A stretch of 64,000 nucleotides of DNA from Eledone cirrhosa. Lineage: Eukaryota. The notes under the pieces were generated by a model. That model worked only from the letters and a program-made list of their open reading frames with translations. It did not search any database and was not told the DNA's origin. Within the stretch, counting starts at the first letter, position 1. Every line of letters starts with the position of its first letter. Position numbers and translations under genes: made by a program. This document shows positions 56,140 to 64,000 of the stretch, in pieces. The DNA lies in contig OZ024762.1 of assembly GCA_964016885.1 (NCBI GenBank), positions 1,922,001 to 1,986,000 on the forward strand, given 5' to 3'.

Positions 56140-56935
56140 TTAAACCTTTGTAAAATATACAAGGTTCACTCCAGCCTTTAGGACTATATAAAATATAGTC
56201 CTGAGATTCACACTATCATTTAAACCTTTGTAAAACATAGATGGAGGTTCGCACCAGTCTAACTAGCCTATATAAAATATATTGCTGAGATTCGCAGCAG
56301 GATGATGTAATATTCATTTGAATTCCAAAATAAGAATTTCCTTTAGAAGTTCTGTTAAACTGTTGTCATCCATCCTGCTATGTATCTAAAGAGAACCACA
56401 CCACCACCACCACCACCACCAGACCACTACTACACCACCACCACCACCAGACCACTACACCACCACCACTTTCTCTCCTCACAACTGTTTATCAGTTTCT
56501 CACATTCAGCTGTTAATTATATATATATATATATATATCTATATACAGACAGATATATATATATATATATACATAGACATACATACATATATATATAGGC
56601 ATAATATATATATATATATACATAGACATACATATAGATATTTATATATATACATAGGCATATATACATATATATATATATATACAAACACACATATATA
56701 TATATATATACCTCGTCATATTTCCTTCCTAATTAAAAACACAACAGTTCAGCCACCTCACTGATTTGTTCTCTCTTAACATCTCAGCCACCCTCCTTGA
56801 TTTAACCCTCCACACCACCACAATACCACACCATCACACAGCACACCACAAACCAGAAGCAGTGCCACTGTAAACCAACTACTTCAGGCGGAAGGGGAGG
56901 AGGAGATCAGATTTATTAGAGTTTTCAAATTAGTC

Positions 56936-57120
56936 GGTGGATTGACAGAATCGGTAGAGGGTCGGACACCATGTTTTGACGCAAAGAGTTACGGCCCTTG
57001 CCATTCCAAGTTCAAATCCAGGCAAGGTTAACTCTGCCTTTCATCCTTACGGGGTCGATAAAATAAAGTACCAGTAATGTACTGGGGTAATTGCTGGCCT
57101 TGTGCCTAACGTAGAAACAA
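56936..57120 (+). mobile_element. tRNA-derived SINE (second family)
   Basis: Plus-strand copy of the family at 35465-35640. Confidence 0.75.
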
Positions 57121-57967
57121 TTATTATTAATATTATGTATTTTTTCTGGTTAATGTTAATTTTATTAGTATTAATACTTGTGTGGTTTGGAATACCACAC
57201 TGAATAAATTATATACAAGTCTTTCTCTCTCACTATATATATATATATATACACATACATATAACTCATACATACATGTGTGTGTATGTATATATATATA
57301 TGTGTGCGTGTGCATACTTACATTTATGTATCAGCTGTGCTAGGGCGAGAAATATAATTCTTATTTTATATATATATATATATATATATACATATTTATA
57401 TACATATACAGGGTACCCCAAAAAGGTATACACACTTTGGTTACCTGTACAAGCAATATTTATTAGAATGCACAACCTTTGTGTATACATATTTTTAGGA
57501 CACATCTATATATTTATATACACATACGCACACATAAAGAGAAGAGGGGAAAAAAAAAAGGAAAGAGAGAAGGGAAAAAAACCAAAAAGAAACACACAGT
57601 CCACATTGTAAAGTGGCCATGTAGGTAACACGGTAAAAAGCTCCCAGTCCACACTGTAAATGTGGTTGGTGTTAAGAAGGGCATCCAACCGTAGAAAACC
57701 TGCCAGGTAGTCCCATACGTGCAAGACACAGCCACCGCCCAACCAATCTTGCCTCAAAATGGGACAACTCCTATCTAACCCATGCTAGCATGGAAGATAG
57801 ACGTTAAACGATGATGACGATGATGACGATGATAGATGCGTGTGTGTTTATCCCGGGATCAATCGGGAGTAACCACAGTAAGTAAGGTACTCAATACATA
57901 GCAGGGTATAAGATATAGAAATGGCTTTTACAGGACTAGAACTGTTTCATTCAAAGGAAATCATCAG

Positions 57968-58019
57968 GGCTTTCCTGATGATTTCCTTTGAATGAAACAG
58001 TTCTAGTCCTGTAGAAGCC
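57968..58019 (+). ncRNA. Hammerhead family B inside palindrome 57913-58029
   Basis: GGCTTTC-CTGATGA-TTTCctttGAAT-GAAA-CAG ttctagtc CTG-TA-GAAGCC; stem II loop differs from the 41071 copy while the stem is kept. Confidence 0.72.
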
Positions 58020-58572
58020 ATTTCTATATATATATATATATTTATTAAAATAACATATGTAGGGTGAAAGCAGCAATTCTTTGCTTAAACTTTTAATAAA
58101 TATTTGCTCTAGGGTTCTTATATATTTGATATATATTTATCCTTATCTCTTTAGATTTAAGTCTTTACATTTATTATTATTACTATTATATATATATATA
58201 CACACACACACACGCAAGTGTGTATAAATATATATGGGTGTGTATATAAATATATATATATATAAATATCTGTATGTAGGTGTGCGTATAGCATAGCTTT
58301 CTGCTGTTTGGCGATGACTTATTTGAAGGTCAGATTTTTCTCAAGCTTTCATTCATAACTTCTGTTCATACAACCTGTTTGGTATAATAGGGGCTAATAA
58401 TTTATGGGCCCATGCTAAACCCAATTAAATTCTTCTCATATAACATTATAAAGGGAAAACAAAGCTAAAACTAAATATTTTCTTGAATTAAATCTATTCA
58501 AGGTTATTATATTGTTAACTGTTAAGAGAGGAATTTGGCAATCTAGAGTAACCTGCCTGATGGAGTTGGTAC

Positions 58573-58614
<42 letters not shown>

Positions 58615-58690
58615 CACACACACACATATATATATATACATATATATATGTACATAAATACATATATATATATGTATGTATATATATATA

Positions 58691-58869
58691 TATTGTTATA
58701 CTTTGGGAGGGTCATGTTGCCAATAAGAAACACACGAACCAGTTGCTTTCACTCCAATTTATTATAAATTAAACAAATTTTTTTTTTTAATTTATAATAA
58801 ATTGGAGTGAAAGCCAACAGGTGCGGGTGTTTCTTATTGGCAACATGACCCTCCCAAAGTATAACAATA
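58691..58869. repeat. ~180-bp palindrome in (TA)n
   Basis: tattgttatactttgggagggtcatgttgccaataagaaacac...ctttcactccaatttattataaattaaa and its reverse complement; arm fragments at 9581, 15821, 22741. Confidence 0.85.
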
Positions 58870-59264
58870 TCGGTTTCAACACACGTTTTCAGATAAAGAA
58901 TCTTGCTGAACAAATTCAGAAACGAAATATATATATATATATATATACATACATATATATATACATATATATATACATACATACATATATATATATACAG
59001 ATATATATACAGTGTCTCAAAAAAAATACTGAGACACTTCAACAGCATTCAAATAAATATTGCCTATAGAGGTAATCAAAGTGTGTATACAATTTTAGGG
59101 AACACACTGTATATATACACACTGTATTATATATATGTATATAAATATATATATATAATGGTGATGATGATGACATCACTTCACACCATAAAACCCTTGA
59201 CCCTCAAGGGTCGCGAGAGAATTGTATCATGTACCTTGGAGAAATACAACACCAAAACAGTATG

Positions 59265-59316
<52 letters not shown>

Positions 59317-59354
59317 TATATTGTATATATACATACATATTTATATACATATCT

Positions 59355-59390
<36 letters not shown>

Positions 59391-60059
59391 GTGTGTGTAT
59401 ACATATACATTTGTATATATGTGTGTGTATACATATATATATACATACATTTGTATATATATAGGTCAGACAGTCAATTTAATGTCATGCGATCCTAAGA
59501 GAGAGAAGCAGCAAGTTAACATCGCTAAATGAGACATCAAAGATCTGACACCGGAAACAGATTCACTTCCGGGTAAAATTACCATATTCTTTCTTCGTCA
59601 AGTATCTCACCTCTAACAATCCTCCACCTCCACCACCCTCCCCATCTTCTGCTCTCCCTTTCCCCGCTCCTCTCTAATGAATACAACAATAAAAGACATT
59701 TCTGTTGTTGTTGTTGTTGTTGCTATTCCTGTTCGACAGCATAATTAACATTTGAATAAAACAGATTATAAACAAACATTTACGTGTTTGCTCGAACCTA
59801 CTAGAAATAGCTACCAAATCTCCCTCAAATTAACCACCACCACCACCACCACCACCATCTTCATCATCATCATCATCATTAGCTGCATTTCTACGTTCAT
59901 TTATCCATTGCTATCATGGGCTGGACAGGATGGTTTGGGACTGTTTTATAACCAGATGTTCTTCCTAATGAATAACTTTACTTTCAGATGTCTCATATAT
60001 ACAAGGGAAGATACAGTGTATCTACTCTAAAAAAAGGAGGGGGGACATATTTTCTTTAA

Positions 60060-60920
60060 CCCTTTATGATTTACATTACTCTATATATATATACTATTGT
60101 ATTTTCATGGTAGTCTTTACCTCACATAATATCTCACATAACATTTACATTACTCTATATATACTATTGTATTTTCACAGTAAAGGCTTTACCTCACATA
60201 ATATCTCATATAACATTTACATTACCCTATATATACTATTGTATTTTCACAGTAAAGGCTTTACCTCACATAATATCTCACATGACATTTACATTACTCT
60301 ATATATACTATTGTATTTTCACAGTAAAGGCTTTACCTCACATAATATCTCACATAACATTTACATTACCCTATATATACTATTGTATTTTCACAGTAAA
60401 GGCTTTACCTCACATAATATCTCATATAACATTTACATTACTCTATATATACTATTGTATTTTCACAGTAAAGGCTTTACCTCACATAATATCTCACATA
60501 ACATTTACATTACTCTATATATACTATTGTATTTTCATGGTAAAGGCTTTACCTCACATAATATCTCACATAACATTTACATTACTCTATATATACTATT
60601 GTATTTTCATGGTAGTCTTTACCTCACATAATATCTCATATAACATTTACATTACTCTATATATACTATTGTATTTTCACAGTAAAGGCTTTACCTCACA
60701 TAATATCTCATATAACATTTACATTACTCTATATATACTATTGTATTTTCACAGTAAAGGCTTTACCTCACATAATATCTCACATAATATCTCACATAAT
60801 ATCGAATCTATGAGATTTTGATATTATTTGTTAGCAGTATGAGCGGCTGGTTGCAGCTGGTTTGAACAGAAAGAGGTGAGAGAATTCTGGCCGGATATGG
60901 CCGGTCTAAATGCTGAAGGG
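60060..60920 (+). mobile_element. Complete piggyBac-type MITE with ~10 internal 72-bp units
   Basis: TTAA|CCCTTTA...TGCTGAAGGG|TTAA. Confidence 0.85.
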
Positions 60921-61101
60921 TTAAAAAAGAAAAGATGAGATATCAAGAAGATGGTCGTGATTGGAACATCTTTTACAGATATGGCCGCTTGACCAAAATT
61001 GACCTAGGGTCAAACAACAACAACAACTTGAAACATTTAAATAAATAATTATCAATAAATACACTATTTCAGTGGATTAGTTTTTCATGGAAAAAAAAAA
61101 T

Positions 61102-61242
61102 TTATTTAGTATCAGCAGCAGCATCAGCATCAGCAGCAGTAACATCAACAGCATCAGCAGCAGAGATCGAAGTAGGTGTGAGACTGTCCAAGGAATCGGC
61201 GTGGAGTTGGTCAAGGAAATGATTGATTTCGTTTTTGTTTAA
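61102..61242 (-). CDS. NPAT: Terminal coding exon of gene 2; NPAT/Mxc-like C-terminal helix (tentative)
   Basis: Acceptor tttattttgcag|TTA (phase 0, matches donor at 62319); LNKNEINHFLDQLHADSLD...DTK*; EINHFLDQLH resembles the NPAT C-terminal DVDKFLLSLH as recalled; not in the ORF track. Confidence 0.5.
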   Translation of the reverse strand, partial: LNKNEINHFLDQLHADSLDSLTPTSISAADAVDVTAADADAAADTK

Positions 61243-61288
61243 CTGCAAAATAAATGGGAAAATTGTAATTGAAATTATGTGTGTATAT

Positions 61289-61291
<3 letters not shown>

Positions 61292-61323
<32 letters not shown>

Positions 61324-61760
61324 AATTATTGTGTACAGTGCTCAGGTGCACTACATCTTATCAAAGGTGCATGTATAGTACATAGAATAATGTACAAATG
61401 TCAGGAAAATGAAGAGTGTATGAGTCATGATATACATGTGTGTGTGTATGGAGGGGGAACATCAGGTGTAGTGTTGACGAATCTCAGGAAGCATGGAGGT
61501 TTTAAAGGATGCAGTGTCCCAGCAGCTAACAACTGATGCAGGTAGATTGTTCCATGGAGGTTTTAAAGGATGCAGTGTCTCGACAGCTAACAACTGATGC
61601 CGGTTGTTTGTTCCATGCTTCAGCAACTCTGAGCGTGAAAAAATGTTTCCAAAAGTCATAAGAACTGTGCTGTTTCTGACTTTGTGGGCATGCCCACGTG
61701 TGTTAGACATATGGAATTCAAAAAGGTGCTAAGGGTTGTTGTTGGCAAGATGGTTAATAA
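61292..61760 (-). mobile_element. CR1-type LINE 3' end with an (ATT)n tail (intronic)
   Basis: TRGHAHKV...FF..RV...WN.LPASVVS...SFK motif across frames; internal ~60-bp duplication; tail fragments at 13585-13945, 16420-16490, 42835-42885. Confidence 0.8.
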
Positions 61761-62318
61761 TTTATATATGTTTTTATATATGTTTATCATCATCATTTAA
61801 CACCCATTTTTCACACTAGCATGGGTTATATATATATACATTTCTGTAAAAACCCTGGTCAAATTTACAGTCCCATCAGAGCCAATCCTGGCCAGACTTG
61901 TCTCTCAATGCAGACGATCCATCCAAGCATGATAAAATAGAAGTTAAACGGTGATGATATATATATATATGTGTCATCATTAACGTCCATCTTCCATGCT
62001 AGCATGGGTTAGACGGGAATTGTCCCACTTGAGGCAAGATTAGTCGTGTGACCGTGTCTCGCTCGTATAGGACTGTCTGGTAGGTTTTCTACAGCTGGAT
62101 GCCCTCCCTAACACCAACCACATTTACAGTGTGTGCTGGGTGATTTTTACCGTGTTACCTACACGACCCCTTTACAGTGTGGACTGGATGTTCTGTGGTA
62201 CCAACATAACTTTATGTGTAGATATATGTATGTGTGTATGTAGATATATGTATGTGTATGTAGATAAATGTATGTGTGTATGTAGATTATATATACGTAC
62301 ATATGTACCCTTCCTTAC

Positions 62319-63685
62319 CTTATTTAATAACACCCCTGATCCACCATACACCTCCTCCCCCTCCACATCATCATCATACAGTTTTCGCTTTATCCCCCTC
62401 ATCTTTACACTACCATCATCATCATCATCATCATCATTAGTTTTATTTATAGTTTTCTTTCTACAATTTTTTTTCAGACTTTGAGTGGGTGTGGTGGTGG
62501 TGGTAGTAGTAGTAACAGTGGTGTTACAGGTACTAGTAGTAGTAATAGTAGTAGTAGTAGTAGCAGTACTAAGGGATGTAGGGAAAATTGCAACAGCTTG
62601 CAATGACCTGGTGGTAAAATGCACCGGTGAATGCACATAGCCTAATGTGTCGTTTAGATTTAAAGGCTGCGGGCTGTCCCCTTTAGAAGAGAGTTTGTGA
62701 GCAGTTTTCTCAGGTGTCTTTATACTGAGGATGTCTAATGTTTGGTCATGATGATGATAATGTTGTTGTTGTTGTTGTTGTGAGGGAGTTATCGCAGAAT
62801 GTGACGGTGGCTGTGACGATGTCGTCGCTGCAGACTCTTCGTAACATCTAGTCCGGTTGTAGCGCAGAGTCGATAGGATGTCGATTGCCACTTGTTCATC
62901 GTCTTCGCTAAACTGGGCCCCTTTTGAGGCGTCGCTGCCGACATTTTCAACGGTGTCTCCTCCCGTTTCATCGGCAGCAGGTTGCGGTGCAGCTGAATTG
63001 TCTTTCGATAGAGTCTCGGGCCGGTTACCCTGCAGCGGAGAGAAATCACACAATGCCTTCTTTGCAGGTGGTGCTCCAAAATGGGGTGCCACAAATGTCG
63101 CACTAGAAATTTGTCCAATTCTGGACCCAAGGATACACGACGTCATTTTAGTGTTTGCAGTTACAGGCACAGAACTGGCGCCGTTTCCTCCACACCCAGC
63201 TTCTTTCTTATCGTCTCTTAATCTGGTTAAATTCCAAGGAACACTACCATCAAGACCATTCTCCAAGACCTCTTTATTTCCATCATTCTGATGGACAGAA
63301 TCATAACCTTGCTCTCTGCTGGAAGAAATATCAGAATTTCTCAATTTCGAAAATTCCTGACTTGAAGAATTCCTGTCTGAAAGTGAATCTGGAGTTTTCT
63401 CCGTTGATGTTTTTGAAGAGGGCTCCTTGTCCGAGTTATTAACCGGAACAGATTCTAACTTGGACATGCAATTTAGAACATGTTCCGTGAGAATCTGTGT
63501 ACCAATAAAACTACTCAGTTGGTCACGAACATTTTTGGCATTCATCAAGTAACTTGATATTTTGTTGGTACGCTGGTTTGTCATCTTCAAGAGAATATTA
63601 CTGGTATTAGGCTTCATTTCAATCAAAAGAGAATTATCGGAGGCTTCCACTAGAACAATACTCTTGTCTTCCTTCAGGTGCGAAG
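62319..63685 (-). CDS. NPAT: Large internal exon of gene 2: low-complexity nuclear protein, NPAT-like (tentative)
   Basis: Acceptor tttttctttaacag|CT at 63685, donor AAG|gtaagg at 62319; 1367 nt open; SP/TP sites (KTPEK, HSP, TPTQ), PPAKK and a KRKLY NLS/RxL-like motif. The exon is well supported; the identity is less certain. Confidence 0.55.
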
Positions 63686-64000
63686 CTGTTAAAGAAAAAT
63701 CAAAGATCAATATTAACCTACAAGTAAACACATACAAAAGTTTGTAGAGGCTGGCCAAGATACTCTCATGGAATGACCAAAGAAACAGTGTAGTTATTAA
63801 TAAGAAGAGTTGAAATTAATGTATGCAAGATTTCACAGCTCTAGCATCACTCCTTCATAGTCAGCCTACCCATGTACATACATATGAGAGTAGACTGATA
63901 ATTTCATAGGTCAAAAACGTTCATAGGCTGACCAAGATACACTGGACAGATTTGTAGCTCAGATATTAGAGAGTCACTCCAGGTAGAGCCGTTACTTCTC

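Noticed and set aside
62172-62318. C-terminal part of the 528-aa ORF
   Set aside because: Read-through past the donor at 62319 into intronic microsatellite and SINE sequence

Overview
AT-rich eukaryotic genomic DNA dense in microsatellites and interspersed repeats. The repeat content (tRNA-derived SINEs, RTE/CR1/Tx1-like LINE fragments, long (TA)n/(GA)n/(GATA)n tracts) looks like an octopus or other coleoid cephalopod genome (inference). Most entries in the ORF track are microsatellite or minisatellite artefacts. Two real spliced genes lie on the minus strand. (1) A complete six-coding-exon, ~755-aa single-pass receptor: signal peptide, SUEL/lectin-like Cys domain, CUB-like domain, stalk, TM helix and a 387-aa Tyr-motif-rich tail (exons 23698-23623, 20518-20162, 14368-14003, 13346-13125, 12697-12616, 11315-10151; all splice phases are compatible). 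(2) The last two coding exons of a low-complexity nuclear protein whose C-terminus resembles NPAT/Mxc (63685-62319, 61242-61102). The most striking non-coding signal is a dense set of type I hammerhead ribozyme motifs: about 15 recognisable copies from about 8 unrelated sequence families. Most have a short palindromic stem III, several have a U-U pair at the base of stem II, they sit in (TA)n tracts, and several are built into head-to-head DNA palindromes that place a ribozyme motif on each strand (best case: a 377-bp near-perfect palindrome at 34561-34937). This points to Penelope-like/retrozyme-type non-autonomous elements. A TTAA-flanked piggyBac-type MITE with an internal 72-bp satellite and a tandemised hAT terminus are also present. 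All structures were read by eye; no folding or database searches were run.
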